Assembly: GCA_964036045.1 (NCBI GenBank)
Contig: OZ038378.1
Coordinates: 16,306,001 to 16,370,000 of the forward strand
Direction of reading: 5' to 3'
DNA from: Eutreptiella sp. 'Long Island Sound 2002'
Taxonomy: Eukaryota > Protista > Euglenida
DNA: 64,000 bases
Numbering within the stretch: the first letter of the stretch is position 1; every line of letters begins with the position of its first letter. This document shows positions 36,746 to 49,033 of this stretch, in pieces. Position numbers and translations under genes: made by a program. Below the pieces are notes generated by a model. The model made no database searches, had not been told where the DNA came from, and worked only from the letters and a program-made list of their open reading frames with translations.

Positions 36746-39700
36746 GCTCGACCTTCGAGCTGAGCTGGTGTCGCTATCGCTGACGTGACCAGCTGTGACC
36801 TTCTACTTCTTCTTCCCTTCCGCTTCTTGCCGGCGTCGCTACGACTCTTCCTGGGTTTCGTGGATCCATGCAAGTGTTATAACTTTGCTCCAACGACAAA
36901 AGGTACCACATGCGTGAAGTACCCTTAAGACCTACCAACATAAACCTACAAAGTTGACCAAAATCGGTAATCTTGAGGTGACCTAGATTGTAAATCTCCT
37001 GAATGCCAACTTTGGTCAACGCACCACAAGTGTAAACAAGGGAGGAGAGGGTACAACAAAACTAAGTGATCAATGAAACTTGTCTCAGAGGTAGTTACAT
37101 AGCAAATAAAAAAAAAGGGCAGCACACATGTGATTGGTTCCTCTTTTTCTAGGATAAAATTACCTACCTCACAAAGCAACTTTCACCCAGTTTGATTCGG
37201 CCATACACAGCTCCCCTGACCAGAACACAAAGGTACCTTCTCTCCAAACTCTTCTCCTCAAGGATGGTCTGCCCAAGCAGCCAGCATTGACCCAAGTACC
37301 ATCAAGATGCTTCATCTTGGTCCTTGTTGAGCTTGCTTGTGGGCTTTGGCCGCTTCAACTGCAGCTCAAAACCACCTGCCAATTTGGCTATCAGCATATA
37401 TCCGCCATCCCGATTCCGCCCCCGCCCTTGAGCCCCTCTAGATCCGGTTTGATGGTGGTTGAGCAATTCTTGAGTACATCAAGTGTGGGAAACAATAATC
37501 ACCAGTAATAATCCCGAAGGTCAGCGGTGGCACAAAGCCACTACAAATCAAATAAAAAGAGTAATTAGGTACACGTGCACAGATGAGCAGGCGGCAACCT
37601 CTTGGTGCTCCGTCCCCTCCTCTTCCCTCGTCTCGGTTGCTAGAGGGAGTACGATGACTGATCTCCTTGGGATCCTCACCTCCAACTCCCTGGATCAACA
37701 ACTCTCCAACATCACCCAGACCTGCCACACCCCATTGCAGTGCGATGGAATGAGGGTGTTCAGCTCTTCAAGGTCAAGTGTTCCAAGGAAACAAAGAGCT
37801 GCAAAAACATTCTTGCCACCTGGGCAGTCAATTGCTCTGTGTGTTGTGCAGAAAAATTGGTTTTTTGCCACCCATGAATGTTGATCCCAAATGTACCTCG
37901 TGGGTCATATGTCCAATTTGAGTGTTCAAAGGTAGCATATCGTAGAAACCTTAGAATCCTGTGACACTGGCTGCTAAGCAAGCATGTGGTGGGAAGTGCT
38001 GCACGGGGAGTTGGGGGGTGCGGAAACGATGCACACACACACACACTAGGATGACACCGCACGTTCACATTGGACACAATTGAAGCCCCGTCATTAATCA
38101 GGCCTGCGTTCTTTGGTGTCAAATTCAAGGTCAGGGCTCATGGAGCCCCCATTTGATTACACAATGTACAATGTGGTGGATGGGACATGAAGTCATCATG
38201 GACACTACATGATGGTTTCATCGAACATGGATAAAGTTTTGCTCGGGAGCAAACTTTCGAGCTTACTGCAGCATCATACACTCCCAATGCAAAGGAGTCA
38301 TCAATAGCAGCATCCTGTGTGCCCCAGCAAGTCGTGATTGCTAGCCAAGCGACCAATAGTCCCAATGCATGTAGTAGAGTGATAGGGTCCGCATTGTCAC
38401 ATCAACGTGCATTTATTTGCCTAACTTTCCTTTGTACTACAGTTGGTCACCCATGGGTCCATGCATGCCCCAGTGCAGGTCAAGGCAAGCACACACTTTT
38501 TGTGTATGGTGATCGGCTTTTGGTCCATGGTGATAGACGTTTTGTATGTGGGAACAGACATTTTGTCCATGGACAAACTTTTTGTCTGTGGGAGAAATGA
38601 CACACACATGGCAAGTTACATTGATAGTACATCTTGTGTAGTCCCTGTTCCCTCTACACTCCTCACGGCGATACCCTTTTGGACACATATTGTTGGTTGA
38701 GACATAGGCTCATGATGCAAAAACCCATCCATGGTCACGGAAAAAGAGTTGGAACAAAGGTGCGAAACCAGCCTGGGCTGGAGCGGATGGTGGGTCGAGA
38801 ATAGGGAGAGACCCCCCCCCCCTCCAGCCCCCTCCAAACGCGCCTCGCTGCGGTTGGGGGTGATTTTGGTGGAGGCCCCGTATGGACAAAAGTGTTGGAC
38901 ACACGCTTACCCTAGGGCGCTCCTCGGGATTCCAAGGGACTAAATCAAATGAAAGACAATGCCATTGGACATGCAGACATCGGATTCCATAATTGGATGC
39001 ATGAGAGGAGCAATAACAAAGCCAAACAGACCCGTTTGTGCCCGCCAAGATTGCCTTGTTCTCACCACTTCTCACCATATCCCGTTGTGATAGCCCAAGA
39101 CAGTGGGCCACATGTTGGAATGTTGGAGAGGAAGTGACATCATGGTTAAGCACTTAAGTACCATGTTGCCGTGTTGGAAATTGGAAGGTAAGACCAACAT
39201 ATCCAACGTCCAAATGCGGAAGCCCGTGTTTTTGACCAACTTGGAATGGCCACCGCAACTTTGTATCCAAAAAAGGGCGCCATGCAATTTTGCTTCCCTC
39301 AAGTAGGCACATTAGACAGCACTATAAGGTAGAAGTGGGCAATTTGGTCTTAATGCACCTGAAGAAGTGATTAATTAATGGATCACCCAATTGATGAAGT
39401 GAATTCGATTAAAAGAGGCACAACTCATAATTACTTCAACTACCGTTCCGCAATGCCATGGTCACCATTCTCTAAAAGTGTTGTAGCAGGAACATTGCAG
39501 CAAAGTAGCTGAGACAAACAATTTCCAACATATGCTCTTCAAAAAGAATTGTTCCATCGGCACATCATGTACTAGCCAGCCACAGGATCGACAATAGGAG
39601 GAGAACCCCCCCCCTCCATGGTCAGTTTCGCTCCAAAATGCCTGTTCCCGCGGACAAAAAGTTTGTTCCCGTGGCCTAAAAGTTTGTCACCACAGACAAA

Positions 39701-40422
39701 AGCCGAGTACTTTTTTTTTTTACCAAAATGACACAAACCCCCCTCGTATGGCGGGCTACAAAACATTGCAAGCATGCACAGTATGGGCTGCTCCACGCTT
39801 AAAGCAAAGCCGGGTGCTCACCATTGCAGGAGGTCATAGGCGTTCGCAGGCGCTTGGGACCCCCCCCTTTTTTTGCCAAAAATCCCCTTTTGAGTGCTCC
39901 ACGGAAGTTTACTATGGTTTGTGACCCCTTTGCGTACATATTTTCTGGTGCTCTTTGACATGAAAGTACTTTTGACAACATTTGACAACAACTCCTTGTG
40001 TGGCCATGCGGGGATGGAAAAGTTGTTCCGGTGCATGAAGGTGCTTATTAATTTGGTAGCATGCTAGTTGCGTGGTTCCACAAGTATGAGCTTGTGGGTC
40101 CTTGGCGTCACAACCTAGGCATTAAGGAGAAACGAAGGGCACCGAAGCCCGCTGCTGCTGCCTCCAACCTAAGCTCTAGTTCAGGCTCCAATGGGCGACC
40201 AGCTCGGTTGGGATTAGTCGATCCCTGTGACACACAGGCAAACAAGCACTGGATCCGCAATAGTTGCTATCTGTTCAACTGAACTGGTGCAAATTCGTAC
40301 CGCTTTTTACTTCGAGTGAATCCACGGGAATTCACACATGTAGCCCTACTATTGAGTGCAAGACACTAGCGTGTCATTCCTATGGAGGAAGTTTGCGCGT
40401 AGGAGGAGTGTTCTACTTGCAA

Positions 40423-40423
<1 letters not shown>

Positions 40424-40474
<51 letters not shown>

Positions 40475-40475
40475 C
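40424..40475. repeat. (CATGCC)n microsatellite
   Basis: Directly visible run. Confidence 0.95.
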
Positions 40476-41034
40476 ACTGAACGCACAAAGAGCAAGAATT
40501 CTCAAAACCCGTCAGTGTGCGAACATTTAAGAATCCCAATAGTTGTTGGTGCGAGGTTTAGGGTAGGAAGTAACCAAGCGCGACGGGCACCGCATTGCAA
40601 TTACGGTTTGACGCCACATCCCCTCTATGTCGGGCCGTGAAAGAGCAATGGTGGGTGGATGGCACATGGTTTGGGTCAAGTGCATAGTCGGCGAATCAGA
40701 ACCTTTTCCACACCAATGGGATGTCCCTTTGGTTCACATTTGCCGCTACTATCCGGGCAGAGTGATAGGGTGTATCGAAGCAGACCCGGAGCAGGAGGGT
40801 GTATCCATGCATACTCGGTCACGGTTTGAAGGGTGGTTGGTGAGTATCGCGTGACGCTACTTTGTGTCCTTGCTCTTGTTCCGGCACCTTTTGTTGTAGC
40901 TAGGGCATAGCAATTCCGTTCATAGTTGGGTACCACCCGCATGAGCAACCTTGGCTGAGGAATTGATTTTTGGAACCCCAAGAACAAAAAAGAAGAAATC
41001 AGCGGAACAACTGCGTTGCTATATCCTATCATAG

Positions 41035-44000
41035 GGTTAGGGTCACCGAGCTGGTGGAACCAGTCTTGGTTTTATAACCCTTTTTAGGGTCTAGGGTGGA
41101 CCTACCAGGTTTAGCAGCAGCAGCAAGCAGCAGCAGCAAGCATCAAGCAGCAAGCAGCAAGCAGCACGCGCGAAATGGGGAAAAATCGAAATTCCGTCGT
41201 GGTGCTTCGGATTCGGCTGAAATTTTGGTGGATGATACCTATGGGTGTGAGGGACAACCACACAAAGTATGAGCCAGAAACTCAACGGTGGCGGCCGGGA
41301 ACGGGTGTTGCAAGTGGCGGACCTCAGTTTCAAAAACTGCAATTAAGGGCCAAAAACAGCCATTTTTGGGCCAAAACAGCCCTAGAACCCATTCAAAACG
41401 GCCAAACAAAGGGAAAGTGTGGGTACACTCCATGTGCGGCTTGACTTTCCTGTGTCAACGAGCTCTTTGCTGCCCTCTAACTCCATGATATGTCCCGGAA
41501 ACGGCCCAAAAAGGCCCCCAGAAGCCGCAAATTTTGTGCAGATTGGCTGGCAACAGCCACAAACCAAGAACAGGCCATATCTTTGGCTACATGGCTCAAA
41601 TCGCGATTCCGAGGGCACCTAGTCCAGCCGCAACCCCCCACTTTTTGTGGTTTCCACCCCTCAGAATTGCCGAAATGGAGGCCTGGACCCCCGTACTCAG
41701 GCCCGGTAGGCTGCGGCAAGCTGCAAGCTCAAGCCCAAATAGGTGGGTGCCCAAATGGGTCAACAGGGTCCAGTAGGGGCAAAAAAATGACTTTTCTCAA
41801 AAATGGTCCTAGACCATGTGTGATGCTAAAACAAGTGTTTTTGGACCGTTTTGAGCTCATGGTGGCCCATTTTGGTCCTCCGAAAATCCCAAAATGCCTT
41901 GAAGATGGGCTGTTTTGGGACCAAAAATGGGTCAAAAATGGGTCAAAAACGCATTTTTCCAAAACTCATCGTAGACCATTTGGGGTGCAGAAACGGGTGA
42001 AATGAGCCCATTTTGAGCCCATTTTGGGGCATTTTGGCCCCTCACAAGTCCACGAAAGCCTTGAAAGTGGGCCTTGTGGTGAAGAGGATCACTTGCAAGC
42101 TGATTCTACCCTTTCAACCGCCTCCAATGTGTGACTCATTGGTGTCCCTCACCATTCATATCTAATGTTCCCTCCCCCACCAGCTCGGTCCCAATATTCA
42201 GTCTTGATTAGGGTCAGGGTCACCGAGCTCGTGGAACCAGTCTTGGTTTTATAACCCTTTTTAGTGTCTAGGGTGGACCTACCAGGTTTAGCAGCAGCAA
42301 GCAAGCAAGCAAGCAGCAGCAAGCAGCAGCAAGCAGCAGCACGCGCGAAATGGCTAAAAATCAGAACTCCGTCGTGGTGCTTCGGATTCGGGTGAAATTT
42401 TGGTGCATGAGACCTATGGGTGTGAAGTACAATCACACAAAGTTTGAGCAAGAAACTCAATGGTGGCGCCCGGGAACGGGATTCGCAAGTGGCGGACCTC
42501 AGTTTCAAAAACTGCAGTTTAGGGCCAAAAACAGCCATTTTTGGGCCAAAACAGCCCCGGGGCACATTCAAAACGGCCAAACGAAGGGAAACGGTGGGTA
42601 CACTCCACTTGCGGCTTGACTTCCCCGTGTCAACGAGCTCTTTGCGGCCCTCTAACTCCATGATATGTCCTGGAAACGGCCCAATAAGGCCACTAGAAGC
42701 TCCAAATGCCGACAGCCACAAACCAAGAATAGGCCAGATCTTTGGCTACGTGGCTCAAAATGCGATTCCGAGGGCACCTACTCTACCCGCAACCCCCCAC
42801 TTTTTGTGGTTTCCACCCCTCAGAATTGCCCAAACGGACGCCTAGACCCCAATACCTAGGCCCACTAGGCTGCGGCAAGCTGCAAGCTCAAGCCCAAATA
42901 GGTGGGTGCACAAATGGGTCAACACGGTCCAGTAGGGGCAAAAAGATGACTTTTCTCAAAAATGATCCTAGACCATGTGCGACGCTAAAAGAAGTGTTTT
43001 TGGACTGTTTTGAGCTTGTGCTGGCCCATTTTGGTCCTCCGAAAATCCCAAAATGCCTTGAAAATGGGCTGTTTTGGGACCAAAAATGGGTCAAAAATGG
43101 GTCAAAAACGCATTTTTCCAAAACTCATCGTAGACCATTTGGGGTGCACAAACGGGTGTAATGAGCCAATTTTGAGCCCATTTTGGGGCATTTTGGCCCC
43201 TCAGAAGTCAAAAAAGCCTTGAAAGTGGGCCTCGTGGTGATGGGGTTCACTTGCAAGCTGATTTCACTTTGTCAAGAGTCATCAATGTGTGAATCATTCT
43301 TGATGTCCCTCACCAGTCATAGCTGCTGTTCCCTCCCCCACCAGCTCGGTCCCAATATTCAGTCTTGATTAGGGTCACCGAGCTGGTGGAACCAGTCTTG
43401 GTTTTATAACCCTTTTTAGTGCTGTTATAACCCTGTATGGCTGTTGTACATATTGCCTACCCTGGGACACGACCCCCCTGCAGTATTTGCACTGTTCACC
43501 GCTAACCAGTGTATGCTTGCCTGGGCTTTGCGAGTATGGCTAACTGGACCACGGATTGAGTCCTATGATAGATTATCCTGGAAGCTACGTTCCTTGCAAT
43601 GGAAATTAAATTGCCTACCCCCTGACGGTTGCACGTACCACCTGCAACACCCACTGCCTGTGCCTGCACCCCATAAGGGCCCACTGATTGTACGCTATCC
43701 CAACATAGAGTGGAAACACAGAGTGATCTTCTCTTACTATAATCACCCGCTGAGACAACGTGGTCGACTGGTGGCACGATGCCTTCAGCTTCTGTTGGAG
43801 GCAGCAACCAGATGCATGCACACTGCAGAGATGCTGCATTGTAAAGATCTGTTACCACTGGTGCGCCAGTGGAATTCTGTGTTACAGGATATGTGGGTAC
43901 AGGGAAAACTGCCAGATAAAGTCACGTTCTGGGAGCTAGACATTGTTGCAATGTTCCCAAACCTATCCAGGGATAGGGTATGGGCAGCAATTCAAGAAAT

Positions 44001-45179
44001 GTTTACCATTGTACGTCGATCTCGTCGCATGAGAGGACACCTGCGGTTCGCCATCAATAAGATAGACAGAAAATTGGATCGCATTGGAGGGGGCTCCCCT
44101 GATCTGTTCACGAACTTCACGAAGCAACAGGTGCTTGATTTTGTATATTTCGACATCTACTGTAACGATTTGTTTGTCTATCTGAATGTAGTCTACAGAC
44201 AGATTAGAGGCATTGCTATAGGAGGGACCTGCTCCTCACAGTTAGCTTGTGCTGACTGCATGGTTTCAGAGTATAACTACCTGCAGACCGTCCCACCTTT
44301 TGCCTTGCAAGGCCCTGCATCCCTCCATCCTTGTATACTACCTGTGAAACCCGGCCGGTTTAGAGACAACTGCCTTGGTATGAAGTTTGTTTCCACTTCT
44401 TTTGATGACCTGCAGTCGTGGCTTGAAGGTGTTTATAATCTGCAACTCCAGTGTGAAGGTATGGGTGATATCTGGACCACTCTGCAGGGTGAAATTCAGG
44501 TTGACCAGGCCACAGACCATTCGCCGCCCATCATCCACATTCGACTTGCAGACAAGGGCACCAAGTTCACCAAGGCCCATCAATGCCTGATGCGGTACCC
44601 CGATGCCTATGCCCCCAAAGCCCCCCGTACATTGAAGTCTTTGGTGCCAGCCATGTCCAAAAACTGTGCCTACTACAGAGACACCCTGGCTGATGCCCAG
44701 TCTAATATTGAGCTGGTTGTCAGGGACCTGCAGGGAAAGGAGTACTGCAAACGATGGTGGGTGCCCTGTTTGAAAGGATGTCTGGACAAATGGGGACTAC
44801 CTCTGCCTGCCCTCTCCTGACCACAGGCCATGTTTGTTGTCTGGTGTAACCCAAGGACAGTCGGCCCCTTGTTAGGATTACCGTGAGCTGTAGTTGCTCA
44901 TTGGGAGTAAAACATAGTGTCTCAGCGCACTGTATTGCTCTACTGATGTTCCATCCCTGAGAAGTGTCCACGAGTAAATGACAGCCAACAGATGCATTAT
45001 GCTTATGTTGATTTGCAGCATGTACCCGTGTTTCACTCGCCTTTGCACACAGAAAGCAATTGTTTGCATGTGATCATGCCCTCTTGTGCCTGAAGACGTG
45101 TTGCAAGGGTTTATCAAGGGATATTGGAAGACTGGATTGCTGTGTCTAGGGTGGACCTACCAGGTTTAGCAGCAGCAGC

Positions 45180-45226
<47 letters not shown>

Positions 45227-46246
45227 GCAGCACGCGCGAAATGGGGAAAAATCAGAAATCCGTTGTGGTGCTTTGGATTTGGTTGAAATTTTGGTGCATG
45301 ATACCTATGGGTGTGAAGTACAATCACACAAAGTTTGAGCAAGAAACTCAACAGTGGCGCCCGGGAACGGGATTCGCAAGTGGCGGACCTCAGTTTCAAA
45401 AACTGCAATTAAGGGCCAAAAACAGCCATTTTGGGGGCCAAAAGGGCGGTGGAACACATTCAAAACGGCCAAACGAAGGGTAACGGTGGGTACACTCCAC
45501 GTGCGGCTTGACTTCCCCGCGTCAACGAGCTCTTTGCGGCCCTCTAACTCCATGATATGTCCTGGAAACGGCCCAAAAAGGCCCCCAGAAACTCCAAATG
45601 CCGACAGCCACAAACCAAGAATAGGCCACATCTTTGGCTACATGGCTTAAAATGCGATTCCGAGGGCACCTACTCCACCCGCAACCCCCCACTTTTTGTG
45701 GTTTCCACCCCTCAGAATTGCCCAAACGGACGCCTAGACCCCAATACCTAGGCCCACTAGGCTGCGGCAAGCTGCAAGCTCAAGCCCAAATAGGTGGGTG
45801 CCCAAATGGGTCAACAGGGTCCAGTAGGGGCAAAAAGATGACTTTTCTCAAAAATGATCCTAGACCATGTGCGACGCTAAAACAAGTGTTTTTGGACCGT
45901 TTTGAGCTTGTGCTGGCCCATTTTGGTCCTCCGAAAATCCCAAAATGCCTTGAAAATGGGCTGTTTTGGGACCAAAAATGGGTCAAAAATGGGTCAAAAA
46001 CGCATTTTTCCAAAACTCATCGTAGACCATTTGGGGTGCAGAAACGGGTGAAATGAGCCCATTTTGGGGCATTTTGGCCCCTCAGAAGTCCAACAAGCCT
46101 TGAAAGTGGGCCTCGTGGTGATTGCAAGCTGATTTCACTTTGTCAAGAGCCATCATGTGAATCATTCTTGATGTCCCTCACCAGTCATAGCTGATGTTCC
46201 CTCCCCCACCAGCTCGGTCCCAATATTCAGTCTTGATTAGGGTTAG
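41035..46246. mobile_element. Tandem array of three units of about 1.15 kb, non-autonomous and Helentron/HINE (DINE-1)-like; the third unit is interrupted
   Basis: Each unit has 13-bp subterminal inverted repeats, ACCGAGCTGGTGG (41045, 42222, 43377) and CCACCAGCTCGGT (42177, 43338, 46206). Each also has a CTGGT-GGA-ACCAG hairpin, an (AGCA/GCA)n microsatellite and a conserved 3' tail. The periods are 1177 and 1155 bp. Confidence 0.7.
43420..44820 (+). CDS. Penelope-like reverse transcriptase, 5'-truncated, uninterrupted ORF, no C-terminal endonuclease
   Basis: Motifs KHRVIFSYYNHPL, FWELDIVAMFPNL (A), YRQIRGIAIGGTCSSQLA (B) and GRFRDNCLG (C). The frame is open for about 466 codons. It sits in a 1723-bp insertion (43422-45144). 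Confidence 0.8.
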   Translation, partial: CCYNPVWLLYILPTLGHDPPAVFALFTANQCMLAWALRVWLTGPRIESYDRLSWKLRSLQWKLNCLPPDGCTYHLQHPLPVPAPHKGPLIVRYPNIEWKHRVIFSYYNHPLRQRGRLVARCLQLLLEAATRCMHTAEMLHCKDLLPLVRQWNSVLQDMWVQGKLPDKVTFWELDIVAMFPNLSRDRVWAAIQEMFTIVRRSRRMRGHLRFAINKIDRKLDRIGGGSPDLFTNFTKQQVLDFVYFDIYCNDLFVYLNVVYRQIRGIAIGGTCSSQLACADCMVSEYNYLQTVPPFALQGPASLHPCILPVKPGRFRDNCLGMKFVSTSFDDLQSWLEGVYNLQLQCEGMGDIWTTLQGEIQVDQATDHSPPIIHIRLADKGTKFTKAHQCLMRYPDAYAPKAPRTLKSLVPAMSKNCAYYRDTLADAQSNIELVVRDLQGKEYCKRWWVPCLKGCLDKWGLPLPALS

Positions 46247-49033
46247 GCTATCATAGGGAGCTGCGCCTAGCTGCGGCTGGGTGGTTGGGAGGCTTTGGAA
46301 CCCCCCCCCCCCCCGGTTGGCTGGCTGGTTGGCGCGCCCCCGGAAAACAGCCAAAATACATAGTGCACCTTGTACCACCTCTTCTCACGCATGGTATGGG
46401 TATGGGTAACAAACACCTAAAGAAGCACCAACCAAGAAAAACACGTTTTGGCCTCTATATATGATTGTGGCAAGTGTGAGTGGTCCGCGTCCCAATTTGG
46501 GATTCCAACGCGGTTGGGGGTCGGCCATTCTACATCCCCGGTCCTGTCGACACGTGTGAATTTGTTGGGCACGCCAACAAAATCACACATTTTGTCCTAA
46601 TTGAAAAATGCATGCACTGGGGCATCTCCATGCATGCTTGCCGACGTAAGTTGGACACGGGGACGCTACAACACAATGCAACGGCAATTGTGTTGGTGAT
46701 TGTGCAACTGGACCACGAGGTCCGGATTCCCACATGAGCAAACAACCCAAAACCCCATCCCGATGCATGATGTGCCTTGCTTAAAGGGAAGGAAATTTTA
46801 CCACACACTCCATGGATCGGCGATATCATCTTGAGATCTTGAGAGCAAGGGCAGTGAGGAAAACATGCATGTACAAAGCAATGGTGGCTGGCAAGGTGGG
46901 TGACAGGCGTAGGTGGCTGGATGGGTGGCTGGCTAGGTGGTTGGCTGGCTGGCTGGCTGGCCAGCCGGCCGAACCCCCCCCCCTTGGCCGGCGCAGCTCC
47001 TGCACTCATCTCATAGCATAGGACATTGGAGCAAGAGCTATGCAGACATCTCGCTAACCAATACAGAGGTACAATTTGCAACTTGTTGCACTTGATAATA
47101 ATAACAGTAATGGCACCATCGCAACACACCCACTCTTCATGGGGTCCAACTATGGTCATGCTTGGATCATTGGTCATCTGCACTGTTGGTCGTATTTTGC
47201 AGCATAATGTACATGTGAGCAGTTTTCGTTGTGTTCGTGTAGTGCACACCTGCTGTTCTCCACCAGCCTGTTTGAGCTAGGGAAGGCGGGTGCAACGGCT
47301 TAGGCAAGTGGTCCTATTGATCATGATGAGGCACTTGGGGGGGCGGGGGGGGCAGGATTAATTTTTTTGACGTATGAACGTCAACCGGATGCATCACAAG
47401 TTTCATGCACGCGGGACACTTACAGTGGGTAGAGAGGATGACATGTGGAGAGGGTATGCGGCATATGATGTGTACATGACATAACATGGGTCACATAAAG
47501 CGAAAGACAAGGACAGGGAACGAGAGGGCGGTTTTGTATGAGTAGGTGTGCTTCACACTGCACAGCAATTGCACTCATGGTCTCATAGTCTACTGTGGAC
47601 AGATGGGCCAGTGAAGGTGCAACTTTTGCCAGCACGTGTGCTGCAGAGCGAACCTGAATGTGCAGCGCTGTATTATTATGATCCTGTGATCCTGGGCATG
47701 GGTATGGAATGGGATATCTTTTTTGTGACCACCTGGACTCGTGAATCTTAGAGTTCTTTGCTGGATTTTTTGTACGAGTCCGGTTCCGTCTACTGCCCCC
47801 TGCGGCTGTTTGTGCCTATACACTGTAGCTTGTATGTGTACGATGCACACTCTCCAGGCCCCGCAACCCTGAACAATGGTCCAAAAATTCAGTTGTTTAG
47901 CCACAGGGTCAGAGCACAGGGTGGCGTACTTAGGGCCGAAAATGGCACCAATGGGATCTAGATCTAGAGGCAAGGTATATGTGTACACCTGTAGTTCGGG
48001 GTGCTGGATCTTTCAACAATGGTGAAGATTTATGGCTGTATCGGGTAGGCGGGGTGAAGGCGAGCTAACGAGCAAGTAGCAGCACTGGGACAAAAGATGG
48101 ACTCCGTTGTAACATAGCTGACAAGCTGACAAGGGAGGCAGGCGTGCAACAACTCCAGAAAAGACTGCTCACTGGACCATAAGCTGAAGTGAAACAGTGA
48201 CACTGCGAGGGACCATTGTGCGGTGCATAGGACGGTTGTACCTTCACCCTTGCGCTTCTCTTGCTACATATATGTATGGGCACACCACATCTCAAAGGAG
48301 GGCAAAGTAGGTTAGCCTACACATGATTTTAGGCACCATCAGCAAAGGACTGGGGTTAGTACAGTACCGAAAAAGCACTCGGCCTTAGCACTACACATCA
48401 TATCACACAAGCAATTCATGCATGGTCTCTCTTCTCGTCTCACTCAGCTCGCCTTTCATCTTTTATGCCGCAACCCCTATTAGTTCAGGGAACACGCCTT
48501 ATTGGAGTAAGGCCCGTGGTCTCAAAAACCACTATAGACATGCAAAACACATGAAGGGTTACCCCTGGAATTGGTGGTGGATGCCCCTGTGTGTCCATCT
48601 CAAAAACTTAGGACTACTATCCCTGGTTCCTCTAAAACAGGTGAAGCACCGGTACGCCCAAGGCAAGTCCATGGGAGGGTAGAGGGAGGGCACATCACAC
48701 ACAGGCACACTGTGCACCCATGTTTCTCTTGCTTGTAATGCTAAAGTATCGGCGAAAGTCGAGACCCATCTACTGTCTTTAGATTATGTGTTTTTAACAC
48801 TGTTGAGCCTTTGCTCTGTTGTTGCTTTGCATTGTGTTGAATTCCCTTTTTTACCACTTCCTTAGGAAGGCACATCTAAGTAGACCCGGGCGCCTGGATA
48901 TTAGCTGCAAGCCTATCAAGTAGGATAAGCCGGTGTTTTGTTGCCTTGTGAGTTAGTTGTCATCCACCAAGACCTAGGGCATGACTTACAACCACACCCT
49001 TGAATAATGGCTAGCAAGGAGAATAGGCAGGCG

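Noticed and set aside
38138-38365. Signal-peptide-like short ORF (MGLLVAWLAITTCWG...)
   Set aside because: It starts at a non-ATG codon, is short, and has no supporting exons or motifs.
44820-45145. Hammerhead ribozyme expected near PLE ends
   Set aside because: One CTGAAGA occurs, but I could not find a correctly placed GAAA or closing stems by eye. A covariance-model search would be needed.
41168-46056. Recurrent ORFs in the 1.15-kb units (e.g. MEKCVFDPFLTHFWSQ..., MSWKRPKK...)
   Set aside because: They recur only because the DNA is repeated. Frames and stops differ between copies and no domain motifs are present.
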